Notes under the pieces: model-generated | Told to the model about the DNA's origin: nothing | Database searches by the model: none | The model's input: the letters and a program-made list of their open reading frames with translations, nothing else | Translations under genes and position numbers: made by a program | In this document: in pieces, positions 34,501 through 46,756 of the stretch | Position numbering within the stretch: the stretch's first letter is position 1 | How the letters are laid out: each line of letters begins with the position of its first letter | NCBI GenBank assembly: GCA_035221665.1 | Contig: CM069154.1 | Location: forward strand, 2,480,001-2,544,000 | Length of the DNA stretch: 64,000 bases | Direction: 5' to 3' | Source of the DNA: Okamejei kenojei | Lineage: Eukaryota

Positions 34501-37500
34501 TAGTCAGGATCGAACCCGGGTCTCCGGTGCTGTAAGCGCTGTAAGGCAGCAACTCTACCACTGTGCCACACACTATTGAAAGGATTCTTTCTGAAAATTA
34601 TGTTCTTTTACTTTTTGGCAAGCAATATGCTATATTGTTCAAATTACAATTTGCAAACTGTTCTGTTTAATAATACTCCTGTAACAGTTCACTGTAAAAT
34701 TATCCCCTCGGTATTTATCTCTGTCGATATCATTACTAGAGCCAGGATGTTTAGGCACTAAAAAACTGAAATAGGCAGGCAAAAAGCCATAATAAAATTA
34801 CAAAAAAGGCACAAAAAAGCCATTTATTGACATAAAAAGGCATATATTTCCACCACCAAAATATGGTTAAAAATGATAATATAAAGTTATAGTACATTAA
34901 ATGACCAAAGTTGCCTGGTTGCACACAATTACTAGCATTTTTTCAAAGGATCTGGTGTTAAACTATGCCGTCTGTCAGACAGAATATGCTTCAGTTGTGA
35001 AAAACTTATTTCTACCCCAGCTGAGGTCACTGGTGCATACCAGAAACAAGCTACGGACTCTATATTCATGTCGATGTCTTGTGCATTGCAATTACCTTTG
35101 AGAACTTTAGCTATGTTTTGTATTTCTTCAAGATCTTTGTCAGCTAAAATCACTCTCTCACATTTTCCTTGTATGTCTTTACCGACATCGCCAGGAACTT
35201 TACGAATATCATCAGTTACTTTGTGGAAAACCTGCAAGTTATTCACTAATGTTTCGCCACCGTTCTCAAGGGAAGTGGTAGCTTGTGGGAAGTTTGCAAA
35301 ATTGGAAGCATTAAATAGATTTTGGAGAAGACTGAACCAGCATGAACGAACTACCGACGGTGGCGCTCCCAGTTTTGCCCCGGTGGTAGAAATTTTCTTG
35401 TAATTTATACTATGTTAAACACTTTAATAATAACATTAATATTAACGTGTTAATATAGAAAACGTAATTGTAATCATGGTACAACTAGACAAAATAGCAC
35501 AACCTTTTAGCAAAATGGCAAAAAAAGGATTATTTTGGCACTCAATCGTGAAAAAGGCATAATGGCAAAATCATCAAAAAAAGGCATGAAACGCCAAATG
35601 GCAAAATTACCAAACACACCCACTGTTTACGTCGGGCACATGGAACTGCAGGTGCTGGTTTACAAAAAGAAAAGACACAAAGTGCTGGAGTAACTCAGCG
35701 AGTCAGGCAGCATCTCTGGAGAACATGGATAGGTGACGATTCGGGTCGAGACCCTTCTTCAGGCTGAGGAGTTACTGAGGAGTTACTCCAGCACTTTGTG
35801 TCTTTCAATATTCATTCCATATCACAGTCAATTGGAAAATAACTCTTAGTTTTTTTTAATCTAATGCTAACGTAAAAAGTTTCCATCTTACTTCTGGGTG
35901 CCAAAGTTCCAGCCTCCAATGGACAGCAGAGTCTTGAGGTTTGAATTCCTTTAAAAAAAAGGACAAAATGTGGTTTTAGAATGATGTTTAGAACAACAGA
36001 ACATTTTCAGAACTTCTGAGGAACTTCTGGATCTTCTGTTTCCCGCCGCCCCCCCCCCCCCCCCCCCCCCCCATTTGGTGTTACGTTTAGTTGAGGGGAT
36101 TTGCCTCAGTCTTGTTCTCAAGGGGGTTCACAGAAAATGAGGTACAAGTTCATGCAACAAGGCTTCACAAGCAATGGGCCAGTCTCACTCTGTGGGCTGA
36201 AGGGCCTATTTCCTCAATCTGTGACTCAATGATTCTGTTGGCCTGTCCAATAACTTTCTCCTGAATATCCCCCTGGACCAAGTCACCTTTCAGACAGGGG
36301 AGGTGGATGAGATGAGAAAACCTTCAACAAATGGATGTGTAACAGGGTCATGTCAAAGACCCTGCTGACCATCGATCACCCGTTCACACCAGCTCTATTT
36401 CATCCCACTTTCTCATCCACTCCCTATGCACTTGGGGCAATTTGTAGAGGCAAATTAAACTAGAAACCCTTTGTAATGTGGGAGAAAACCGGTAATCTAG
36501 AGAAAACCTACACCGTCACAGGGACAACGTGCAAACTCCACACAAACAGTGCCTGAGTTCAGGATCGAACCCAGGTCTCTGGCGCCGTGAGGCAGTGGCT
36601 CTACCCGCTGCGCCACTGTGCCGACCGATACGTATAACAGATGGATTCTTGCCACATACTCTTCAAAACGACTTGTTCACTTAGGTCAACCATCGACCGA
36701 AAGAGTTTGAAATGGAATGTTCATTAAACACTGGATGTCCCTTCGCTTACAGCAAGGACATGTAATTCATGGTTACATTTAACCCAATCAGACCCAAATC
36801 AGCAGGGTTCCACTCCACCCATTTGTCTCCACCGAGCTGTATCTCTGAGAATTTAGGCATCACCTTGGTACTTAAAGTCTAAATTATCCCACTGAACCAT
36901 CCTCTCACCAACTAGAGAGCGGTCCTGACCTCCCATCTACCTCATTGGAGACCCTCGGACTATATTTAATCAGACTTCACTGGACTTTCTCTTGCACTAA
37001 ACATTATACCCTTCATCCTGTGTCTGTACACTGTGGGCCGCCTGATTGTAATCATGTACGGTCTTTCTGCCGACTAGTTAGCACGCAACAAAAAGCTTTT
37101 TGTTGTACCATGGTACACGTGACAATAATAAACTAAATTAAACTAAATTAACCGTGGAATATGGGTTATGGAATATTGGTTTGGGGAATATCCAATACAA
37201 TGACTGGTTAGCACGCAACAAAAACCTTTCACCGTACCTCAGTACAGGTGACAATAAACTAAACTGGACAATGTAAACATCGCAACAATGCCCGGCATTT
37301 GAGAAACAAGGTTAAGCCCCTGTCCCATTTTCCCGAGTTACTCACGAATTCTCCCGAGTCTTCCCCTTGATTCAAACTCGGAGATGCCAGCTGTAGATAC
37401 TCAGGGCTATATTTTGTACTCGTGGACATTTTTCAACATGCTGAAAAAACGTCCCGACTTACCTGATGCCCCCAGTACCTACGGCTGGCATTACGAGCCG

Positions 37501-39322
37501 CTACGAAGTATCTGTGGACCATAGGAGTCGCTACGGACATTCTCCGAGTTTGAATCAAGGGGAAAACTCGGGAGAATTCGTGAGTAACTCGGGAAAGTGG
37601 GACCGATGCTTTAGTATTTATTCAGCAACTGTACTTGTTCTTCAGGCTGTTGATCTCCTGGTAGAGTTTTGGGTCGTTCCATTCATAGGTGGCGATTTGA
37701 TTGCTCTTCATTCCAGCGAAGGCGTAGATGATGTGTGTGCAGAGGCAAGGGTCCACGTTCTGGGGCATGTATTTACCCTCTCCTGGTCTGTACTGCGCCC
37801 AGTTGGTGAAGTAACACACCAGCCTGTAGGCAGAGCCTGGGCAAGGGAGAGACAGGGCGGTCAGGACAATGTCTCTGTGGCACTCACACAAAGCAAAGCA
37901 AGGTTACAAATGCACAAAGACTCACCCAGTTGCAGGCAGGCCAGTAAGACCACTGCTGGAACAGAAAACAGAGAGCAGCATGTTAGGATTACGACAAACC
38001 GTAATAAGTCAGGGATTACGGGGAGAAGACAGGAGAATAGGGTTGAGAGGGAAAGATAGATCAGCCATGATTGAGTGGCTAGAGTGCACTTGATGGGCCG
38101 AATGGCCTAATTCTGCTCCCATCACTTATGAATTTATGAAACCTTGGCTGCATTACGGCCTCTACACAATGACACTGTTATATAAGTGGTTGGGAAACTA
38201 TGAAGATCTATCTTGTGGGCGGCACGGTGGCGCAGCGGTAGAGGTGCTGCCTCACAGCGCCAGAGACCCAGGTTCGATCTTGACTATGGGTGTTGAACGT
38301 GTGTGGAATTTGTACATCAACCCCTGCTATGCTTACTATTCTAGTATAATTAGATAGTTCTGTTTTCTGGTACAAATGACAATAACACACCCTTAACTCC
38401 CTCTCCCTGTGACCATGTGGGTTTTCTCCGGGAGCTCTGGTTTCCTCCTAAATCCAAAAGATGTGAGGGATTGAAGGTTAGTTTTCCCTCTGTAAAATTG
38501 CTCCTAGTGTGTAGGGAGTGGATGCAAAAGTGGGATAACATAGAACTAGTGTGAAGGGCTGAACAATGGTCGGCGTGGACTCCGTGGGCCGAAGGGTCTG
38601 TATCTCTAAACTAAACCTTTCCTATCCATGTACCTGTCTGAATGTCTTTTAAATGTTATTATACTTGCCTCATCTCTGGCAGATCGTTCCATATACTCAC
38701 CACCCTCTGGGCAACAGGTTAGAGTCATAGAGTCACACAGTCATAGAGTCAAACAGGCCCTTTGGCCCAATTTGCCCATACTGACCAAGATGCCCCACCT
38801 AAGCTTGTCCCAGTTGCCCCTGGATTCACCTTTAAATCTTTTCCCACTCACCTTAAGTCAATGCCCCGTAGTTTTAAACTCCCCTTCCCTGGAGAAAGGC
38901 AGAGACCATACTTCAAATCTCTGCCCCTCGTGATTTTCTAAATGTCTCTGAAGATTTTCACAGAGTGCTGGAGTAATTCAGCGGGTCAGGCAACTTCTCC
39001 GGAGAGAAGGAATTGGTGACATTTCGGGTCCGTTGGAAAATACAAAATATTAAGAAACTACAAACTGCAGAAGTTGATTTACTCCAAAGATAGACACAAA
39101 GTGCTGGAGTATCTCAGCGGGTCAGGCAGCATCTCCGGAGATAAGGGTTGGGTAGAATTGAGACGCTTCTTCAGACACCTTGATAATTAAACTTGAGAAA
39201 CAATTTAATCTGTTCTCATCCTCATTTAATTTCTAAACCTGATTCTTTCAAAAAGCATTCCTATATCAAAAGGAATTAAACAGCAAAAGGCTCTTACCTG
39301 TTCCAAGAAGTAGCTTTGCCAT
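28582..39322 (-). CDS. chia: GH18 chitinase (CHIA-like) copy 2, 11 coding exons; three 1-bp deletions (pseudogene or consensus errors)
   Basis: Exons 39322-39298 (MAKLLLGT), 37955-37926, 37836-37635 (YRLVCYFTNWAQYRP), 35948-35892 (LLSIGGWNFG), 34069-33904 (catalytic FDGLDIDWEYPG), 32853-32729, 31841-31715, 31029-30849, 30161-30045, 29519-29382, 28835-28582, all with GT/AG. Exon 8 is 2 nt and exon 10 is 1 nt shorter than in copy 3. Confidence 0.92.
33536..33840. repeat. 66-bp tandem repeat, ~4.6 units (duplicate at ~58156-58460)
   Basis: AGTGCTGGAGTAACTCAG starts at 33536, 33602, 33668, 33734 and 33800. Confidence 0.92.
34258..34570 (-). mobile_element. tRNA-derived SINE (others at 33000-33290, 36365-36625, 38218-38615 and their duplicates)
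   Basis: GGTTCGATCCTGACTACGGG B-box and (TAAAC)n tail. Confidence 0.75.
34742..35615 (-). mobile_element. Deleted hAT-like DNA transposon in chitinase intron 4 (duplicate at ~59361-60235)
   Basis: Peptide YAPVTSAGVEISFSQLKHILSDRRHSL resembles the hAT dimerisation motif P-x-TS-x-x-x-ER-x-FS; subterminal AAAAAGGCA repeats. Confidence 0.65.
37315..37610. mobile_element. PIF/Harbinger-like MITE (duplicate at 61917-62214)
   Basis: ~65-bp terminal inverted repeats (37317-37384 and 37541-37608) and TTA target-site duplication on both sides. Confidence 0.8.
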
Positions 39323-39339
39323 CTTGTTACTGTTGCTGA

Positions 39340-39420
39340 CTAGACCTGAGCTGCCTCTTTTATACAATGAGTTTATCGCAAACAATAATCCAATCTGTTT
39401 GTCGTTCCCTTTATCGGTAA
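39340..39420 (-). promoter_or_regulatory. Chitinase copy 2 proximal promoter
   Basis: TATAAAA at 39364-39358, about 36 nt upstream of the ATG; CGATAA (GATA-like) twice; TATTGTTTGC (FoxA-like); CCAAT on the + strand near 39390. Confidence 0.6.
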
Positions 39421-39594
39421 GAAAGGGCAGTCGCGATGATCCTCCTGCTATTTACAAATGGAAAATAATAGTTCTTATCTTGACTTCAATATTTTCTCTT
39501 CAATAATACCTCGTCCCCTGTTCAATGTCATTCAGATTGTTCACCTTCATTTTCACCTCAAGACTGTTTCTGAACCTGATTGGAAATTACTTAG

Positions 39595-40335
39595 AAACAT
39601 GGAAAATTGGTGCTGGAGTAGGCCAGTCAGCCCTTCGAGCCAGCACCGCCATTCAATTATGATCATGGCTATTCGTCCACTAGTACCCTGTTCCTGCTTT
39701 CTCCCCATATCCCTTGATTCCATTAGCCCTATGACCTAACTCTCTTGAAAACATCCAGTGAATTGTCCTCCACTGCCTTCTGAGGCTTAGAATTCTACAG
39801 ATTCATAACTCACTGGGTGAAAAAGTTTTTCATCATCTCAGTCCTAAATGACCTACCCCTTATTGTTAATCTGTGACCCGTGGTTCTGGACTCCCCCAAC
39901 ATCGGGGACATTTTTCTTGCATCTTGCCGGTCCAATCCCTTAAGAATTTTGTATGTTTCTGTAAGATCCCCTCTCATTCTTCTAAATTCCAATGAATATC
40001 AGCCTAGTTGACCCATTCTTTCACCATATGACAGTCCCGCCATCCCAGGAATGAACCTGGTGAACCTACGCTGCATTCCCTCAATAGCAAGAATGCCCTT
40101 CCTCAAATTACGAGACCAAAACTACACACAATACTTCAGGTGTTACCATGGCCCTATACAACTGCAGTAGGACCTCCTTGCTCCACTTCACAAGCCCTCT
40201 CGCTATGAAGGCCAACATGCCATTTGCTTTCTTCACTGCCTGGTGTACCTGCAAGTTTACTTTTAGTGACTGGTGTACAAGCACACCCAGGTCTCATTGC
40301 ACCTTCTCTTTTCCTAATCTGACAACATTCAGATA
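39595..40335 (-). mobile_element. CR1 LINE 3' fragment
   Basis: EFRRMRGDLTETYKILKGLDR...NFFTQ peptide and CR1 3'UTR. Confidence 0.82.
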
Positions 40336-40694
40336 ATCTACATTCTCCCCATAACCTCTGACACCTGTACAAATCAACAATCTATCCATCGACCTGGCCT
40401 CCACAGACAGCCTTCCGTGGGAATGAATTCCACAGATTCACCACCCTCTTACTAAAGAAATTCCTCTTCATCTCCTTCTTAAAAGCTGCCCTTTAATACT
40501 GAGGCTGTGACCTCTTGCCCGAGACTCCCCCACTTGTGGATTACGTTCAGGCTGAAGAGATTAATTCAACTTCTCAGCATGATGATCAACATCATGTTCA
40601 GCACGGACATTGTGGGCCGAAGGGCCTGTACCTGTGCTGCACTGTTCCATGTTCTGTGTTACATCGTCTCCTCAATCACAGTGGAGTGGGTGGG

Positions 40695-41002
40695 TGGCCA
40701 GAGCGAGACGTGGTGGAGCCACAAGCAGGATGTGTGGGGCGCCTGGTTGGCCGCCGGCAGCTGGGGTGGCGTTGTTCTTGTTAAACGTTAACGGCTGATG
40801 CAACGACACGTTTGGCAGAGGGTGGAGAGGTCGCGGCTGACTCCGGCCAATGCTCCGTGGGAGCCAGTGATTGGTTGAAAGTACGTGAGCGCAGGCAATG
40901 AAGGTGAGGAGAAGCCGGGAGTAGGTATAAAAGCCCCGTCACCCTATGTGGAGACTCCGGAACTGGTAACCACCCCTGTGGATCCTTCAAGTGTCTGTGA
41001 GT
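40695..41002 (+). promoter_or_regulatory. IgV copy D promoter plus exon 1
   Basis: Reverse ERSE at 40856-40874, TATAAAA at 40926-40932 followed by a short deletion relative to other copies, donor at 40997. Confidence 0.65.
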
Positions 41003-41553
41003 GATGGGGTTGGGATTGTCTCTATTCACTGTTCCCCCAGTTCAGAAGCCTGACAGCAGAGGGGAATAAGCTGTTCCTGAGTCTGGTGGTGCGCGCTTTC
41101 AAGCTTCTGTACCTTCTGCTAGACAGGACCAGGTAGAAGGAGGAATGACCGGGGTGGGACAAGTCTTTGATTTTTTTGGTTGTAGATGGAGTCACTGGTG
41201 GGGTGAGTGGTCTGTGTGATGGACTGGGCTCCATCCACAACTCTGCAATTTCATGTGGTCTTGGGCTCAGAGCTGTTCCCAACCAAGCTGTGGTGCAACC
41301 CGACAGTCTGCTCTCCGTGGTGCATCTGTAGAAGTTTCTAAGAGACATTGGAGACTTGCCATATTTCCTCGGTCTCCAAGGAAGTTGATGCCACTTCAAT
41401 GTTGTTGGTCAAAGCAACTTAAAATAAAAGCAGGCGGGAGCTGAAGAAGCTGCACAGCGACATTGCCCAGTGTGGTGGCAGCAGCTTCAGAGAATGTTAT
41501 CATGAATCCTACTGAGTTGCAATAATGTGACCCATTGTTTCACCCACAGGAAC

Positions 41554-42087
41554 ATGGGACTGCAGAGATGGATAGGATTCATGGTCCTTGTGGAGATGGT
41601 GTGGCAAGTCTCCGGAACTGGAACAGGTCCGATCTCCAGAGAATGGGGAGAGGAAGTAAACTTGCCCGGGTGGAACGCACGGGCTCCTCGACAAGTCAAC
41701 ACACAAGAAACTCCAGAATGCGGTGTTAAGCCAGATTTGAACAAGATGAAATGGACAGAGATGACGGCACGCAAGGGTGGTTCTGCTACGCTACCCTGTA
41801 AAGTACCCACAGGGAAGGGTGGACCCAAGCATTTTGTGGTCACCTGGAGTAAAGGGAAGGGGACACTGGGCGTGTTTACTGAAGGGAAAGGTCCAATCTA
41901 TCCAGGAGGTTCCGGCCGCTGGACGTTCACGAAACCAAATGTGGTTGAGACACGGGATGCCTCGTTGACTATCACAGTTGTTGGTCATCAGCCATTGGCC
42001 TGCGGAAAAGGATGGAAAACCATAACTGGAAAGTGTCTTTTGTTGAGGAGCCTTTTAGGCAATAAAACACATGGATATAATATGTAA
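41554..42087 (+). pseudogene. IgV prepro-protein copy D (B-type), truncated in strand E and fused to upstream-flank sequence
   Basis: Matches B/E up to ...RDASLTIT (~41975), then reads into the sequence found at 17115 (VVGHQPLAC...). Lacks the second canonical Cys. Confidence 0.75.
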
Positions 42088-42241
42088 AAAGCAAAATAAT
42101 TCAATGAATGAGAGAGCACAATACTAGTGTGTAAAGCCAATATCCTTAGTACAACCAAAGACAGTCCATGGACGTTCATCGTTGACCTCAGTGTCGTGCC
42201 GTGTTCAAGAGCCTGCTGGTTGTTGGGAAGGAACAATTGAT

Positions 42242-42735
42242 CCAATCACTGCCTTCCACGGGGCATTGGCCGGAGCCAGCTGTGACCAATCCCACCGCAC
42301 CGCCGGCTCAGGTGAGTATAAAGTGTGAAACCAGCGCAGGTGCCAGGGCTGTGGTGGTGATGTGGCGTGGCTGGGACATCCAGTCCGAATGTTGGCCAGA
42401 GCGAGACGTGGTGGAGACACAAGCAGGATGTGTGGGGCGCCTGGTTGGCCGCTGGCAGCTGGGGTGGCGTTGTTCTTGTTAAACGTTAACAGCTGATGCA
42501 ACGACACGTTTGGCAGAGGGTGGAGAGGTTGCGGCTGACTCCGGCCAATACTCCGTGGGAGCCAGTGATTGGTTGAAAGTACGGGAGCGCAGGCAATGAA
42601 GGTCAGGAGAAGCCGGGAGTAGGTTTAAAAGGAGCGAGCGATGGCAGGAGATGGAAATAAGACCAGCCTCATCACCCTGTGTGGAGACTCCGGAGCTGGT
42701 AACCACCCCTGTGGATCCTTCAAGTGTCTGTGAGT
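42242..42735 (+). promoter_or_regulatory. IgV copy E promoter plus exon 1
   Basis: ERSE at 42242-42260 and reverse ERSE at 42554-42572; donor at 42730. Confidence 0.68.
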
Positions 42736-43296
42736 GATGGGGTTGGGATTGTCTCTATTCACTGTTCCCCCAGTTCAGAAGCCTGACAGCAGAGGGGAAT
42801 AAGCTGTTCCTGAGTCTGGTGGTGCGCGCTTTCAAGCTTCTGTACCTTCTGCTAGACAGGACCAGGTAGAAGGAGGAATGACCGGGGTGGGACAAGTCTT
42901 TGATTTTTTTGGTTGTAGATGGAGTCACTGGTGGGGTGAGTGGTCTGTGTGATGGACTGGGCTCCATCCACAACTCTGCAATTTCATGTGGTCTTGGGCT
43001 CAGAGCTGTTCCCAACCAAGCTGTGGTGCAACCCGACAGTCTGCTCTCCGTGGTGCATCTGTAGAAGTTTCTAAGAGACATTGGAGACTTGCCATATTTC
43101 CTCGGTCTCCAAGGAAGTTGATGCCACTTCAATGTTGTTGGTCAACGACAGGTCAAAGCAACTTAAAATAAAGCAGGCGGGAGCTGAAGAAGCTGCACAG
43201 CGACATTGCCCAGTGTGGTGGCAGCAGCTTCAGAGAATGTTATCATGAATCCTACTGAGTTGCAATAATGTGACCCATTGTTTCACCCACAGGAAC

Positions 43297-43812
43297 ATGG
43301 GACTGCAGAGATGGATAGGATTCATGGTCCTTGTGGAGATGGTGTGGCGAGTCTCCGGAACTGGAACAGGTCCGATCTCCAGAGAATGGGGAGAGGAAGT
43401 AAACTTGCCCGGGTGGAACGCACGGGCTCCTCGACAAGTCAACACACAAGAAACTCCAGAATGCGGTGTTAAGCCAGATTTGAACAAGATGAAATGGACA
43501 GAGATGACGGCACGCAAGGGTGGTTCTGCTACGCTACCCTGTAAAGTACCCACAGGGAAGGGTGGACCCAAGCATTTTGTGGTCACCTGGAGTAAAGGGA
43601 AGGGGACACTGGGCGTGTTTACTGAAGGGAAAGGTCCAATCTATCCAGGAGGTTCCGGCCGCTGGACGTTCACGAAACCAAATGTGGTTGAGACACGGGA
43701 TGCCTCGTTGACTATCACGGGTTTACGCGAGACTGATATTGGGATATATTCCTGCGCTTGGTTCACTAGCCAAGGGGAATGTAGACTAAATATCAAGCTG
43801 ACTGTGAAGTGA
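43297..43812 (+). CDS. Putative secreted single Ig V-set domain prepro-protein, copy E (B-type, 171 aa)
   Basis: Duplicate of B with Q18R and Y-to-D (KPDL) changes; intact ORF; exon 1 donor at 42730; AATAAA at 44237. Confidence 0.85.
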   Translation: MGLQRWIGFMVLVEMVWRVSGTGTGPISREWGEEVNLPGWNARAPRQVNTQETPECGVKPDLNKMKWTEMTARKGGSATLPCKVPTGKGGPKHFVVTWSKGKGTLGVFTEGKGPIYPGGSGRWTFTKPNVVETRDASLTITGLRETDIGIYSCAWFTSQGECRLNIKLTVK

Positions 43813-45389
43813 AACCTCCCACTGATTCAGCACAGACCCCTCCAAGTGTCAGGAGCAACAGGCAGTGGCAGGTCAGCACAAACACAATAACATCCCTCAT
43901 TATAAACTTGACACACTTAGGCCAACAACAGCATTTTATATTGTAGTCACTGAATTCATCATGAGGGGAATAGAGGGGTGAACACTAAGCATCTTTTACC
44001 TGGGGTACGGGAATCAAGGGACATAAGTTTAAGGTGAGAGGGGCAAGATTTAATAGCAACCTGAGGGGCAAAATCTTTACTCAGGGGGCGGTGGGTTTAT
44101 GGAACTGTCCGGTTGGGCGGGAACTGTAACAATATTTAATACACAATTGGTACAGGGAAAGGTTTAGGGGGATATGGGGCAAAAGTAGTGCAATGGAACA
44201 GACCCTGCTTGCACCGGTAAATGTACCATTAATGGAAATAAACTCTCTTGAAGACAACCGGTGTGAGTGATTCTTTGTACGCCAGCATTGAGTTGGGTGT
44301 GAACTTTGTGCAACTCCTGCTCACTACGGGCAGCATCGCTGGGTTCTATGAGCTGTGTCCATCATTGGTCATACCACATGGGGACGGAACAACATGTGGA
44401 AAATCAGGAGTCTGCAGATGTTGAGAACAGGAACAAAAATAAAGGGGAATGTTGTCAGGAACAAAAGTAAAGGCAGATGACACAAAAGTAGGTGGTTTTG
44501 CAGATAGTGGAGATGATTGTGAAAAAACTGCAGCAGAATCTTGAACTATTGGCCAGGTGGGCTGAGGAATGGTTGATGGAATACAGAGAAATGTGAGGTG
44601 TTGTATTTTGGGGAGTCTAACATGTGCCGGACCTACACAGTGAATGGCCCGGCTCTGGGGAATGTTGTAGAGCAGAGGAATCTATGAGTGAAGGTGCATG
44701 GTTCCATGAAGATGCAGTCACACGTAAAAAGGGTGGTCAAAAAGGCTTTTAGCACATTGGCCTTCATCAGTCAGAGTATTGAGTATGGAGGTTGGGAGGT
44801 CATCTTGCAGCTGTACAAGACATTGTTGAGGCCACATTTAGATCCCAATGTTTAATAAACAGTTGGACAGGTACATGGATAGGACAGGTTTGGAGGGATA
44901 TGGACCAAACACAGGCAGGTGAGACTATTGTAGCTGGGACATGTTGGCCACTGGGACATGTTGCAACTTGGGCCGAACGGCCTGTTTCCACGCTGTATCA
45001 CTCTAGGACTCTATTACACTATGACATTAAATAAATAATGATTATAAAATGAAACTTCACATAAATCTCATCTTCTCCTCTGGCTGTATACACAACACAC
45101 TCATTGACTGAAGCAGATACAATGAATGTCACACTGGTGGAACCAGGGCACCTCTGGAACATGTTCTTCTCAAGATGTGATTGAGAAGATGATGCAACAT
45201 AGAACATGGAACAGTACAGCACATGAACAAGCCCTTCGGCCCACAATGTCCGTGCTGAACATGATCACCATGGAAAATTGGTTCTGACTGTCTACCCTAT
45301 CTGGATCTCATACTTTTATAACTTGTGCAAGAGGCCAATGCAAGGGAGGCACAGTGGCACAGAGGTAGTGTTGCTGCCTTCCAGCGCTA

Positions 45390-45695
45390 TGTGTGGGGCG
45401 CCTGGTTGGCCGCTGGCAGCTGGGGTGGCGTTGTTCTTGTTAAACGTTAACGGCTGATGCAATGACACGTTGGCAGAGGGTGGAGAGGTCGCGGCTGACT
45501 CCGGCCAATGCTCCGTGGGAGGCAGTGATTGGTTGAAAGTACGTGAGCGCAGGCAATGAGGGTCAGGAGAAGCCGGGAGTAGGTGTAAAAGGAGCGAGCG
45601 ATGGCAGGAAATGTGAACAAGACCGGCCTCGTCACCCTGTGTGGAGACTCCGGAGCTGGTAACCACCCCTGTGGATCCTTCAAGTGCCTGTGAGT
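45390..45695 (+). promoter_or_regulatory. IgV copy F promoter plus exon 1
   Basis: Reverse ERSE at 45514-45532, TGTAAAA, donor GTGAGT at ~45690. Confidence 0.66.
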
Positions 45696-46239
45696 GATGG
45701 GGGTGGGATTGCCTCTGTTCACTGTTCCCCCAGTTCAGAAGCCTGATAGCAGAGGGGAAGAAGCTGTTCCTGAGTCTGGTGGTGCGCGCTTTCAAGCTTC
45801 TGTACCTTCTGCTAGACAGGACCAGGGAGAAGGAGGAATGACCGGGGTGGGACAAGTGATGGAGTCATAGAGTCATATAGCGAGTCCTTCGGCCCAACTT
45901 GCCCGCGTCCACCAACTTGTCCCCTTCAAAACTAGACCCACCTGCCTGCTTTTGGCCCTTACCCCTCTAATCCTGCCCTATCAATGTACCTGTCTAACTG
46001 TTTCTTAATCATTGTGATAGTACCTGCCTCAACTAACTCTTCCAGCAACTCATTCCAAACACCCTCCACCCTTTGTGTAAAAAAGTCACCCCTCAGTTTC
46101 CCATTAAATCTTTCCCCCCCCTCTCCTTAAACCGATGTCCTCTGGTTCTCGATTCCCCAACTCTGGACGAGTTCAGAGAAGGTCATCATGAATCCTACTG
46201 AGTTGCAATAAGGTGGCCCATTGTTTCACCCACAGGAAC

Positions 46240-46756
46240 ATGGGACTGCAGAGATGGATAGGATTCATGGTCCTTGTGGAGATGGTGTGGCAAGTATCCG
46301 GATCTGGAACAGGTCCGATCTCCAGAGAATGGGGAGAAGAGGCAAACTTGCCCGGGTGGAACGCACGGGCTCCTCGGCAAGTCAATGAAGATCCAACTCC
46401 ACAATGCGGTGTTAACCTAGCTCCGGACAAGATGAGGTGGACGGAGGTGACGGCCAGTAAAGGGGGTTCTGCTCAGCTAGCCTGCAAAATGCCCAAAGAA
46501 GACGATGGAGCCGATACATTTGTGGTACTGTGGACGAAAGGAAAAGATACGATCGCCGTGTTTACTGACAGGAACGGTGCTCAATATCCAGGGTCACCCG
46601 GACGCTGGAAGTTCACGAAAACAAACGTGGTTGAGACACGGGGACGCCTCGTTGGTCCTGGCGGGGCTGGAAGAGGAAGATGCTGGGAAATATTCCTGCG
46701 CTTGGCTGGTTAATAACGTGCCGTGTAAACTAAACACCAAGCTGACAGTGCAGTGA
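46240..46756 (+). CDS. IgV prepro-protein copy F (C-type) with +1 G at 46640-46643 (frameshift or homopolymer error)
   Basis: Duplicate of C; ACACGGGGACG versus ACACGGGACG in C splits the ORF into two frames; AATAAA at 46823. Confidence 0.75.

Noticed and set aside
37466-38059. 197-aa ORF on + (225 aa at 61986-62663)
   Set aside because: Antisense to chitinase exons 2-3 plus a MITE; no independent coding signal.
38218-38300. tRNA genes
   Set aside because: The A/B boxes belong to SINE heads followed by SINE body and tail; no complete cloverleaf.
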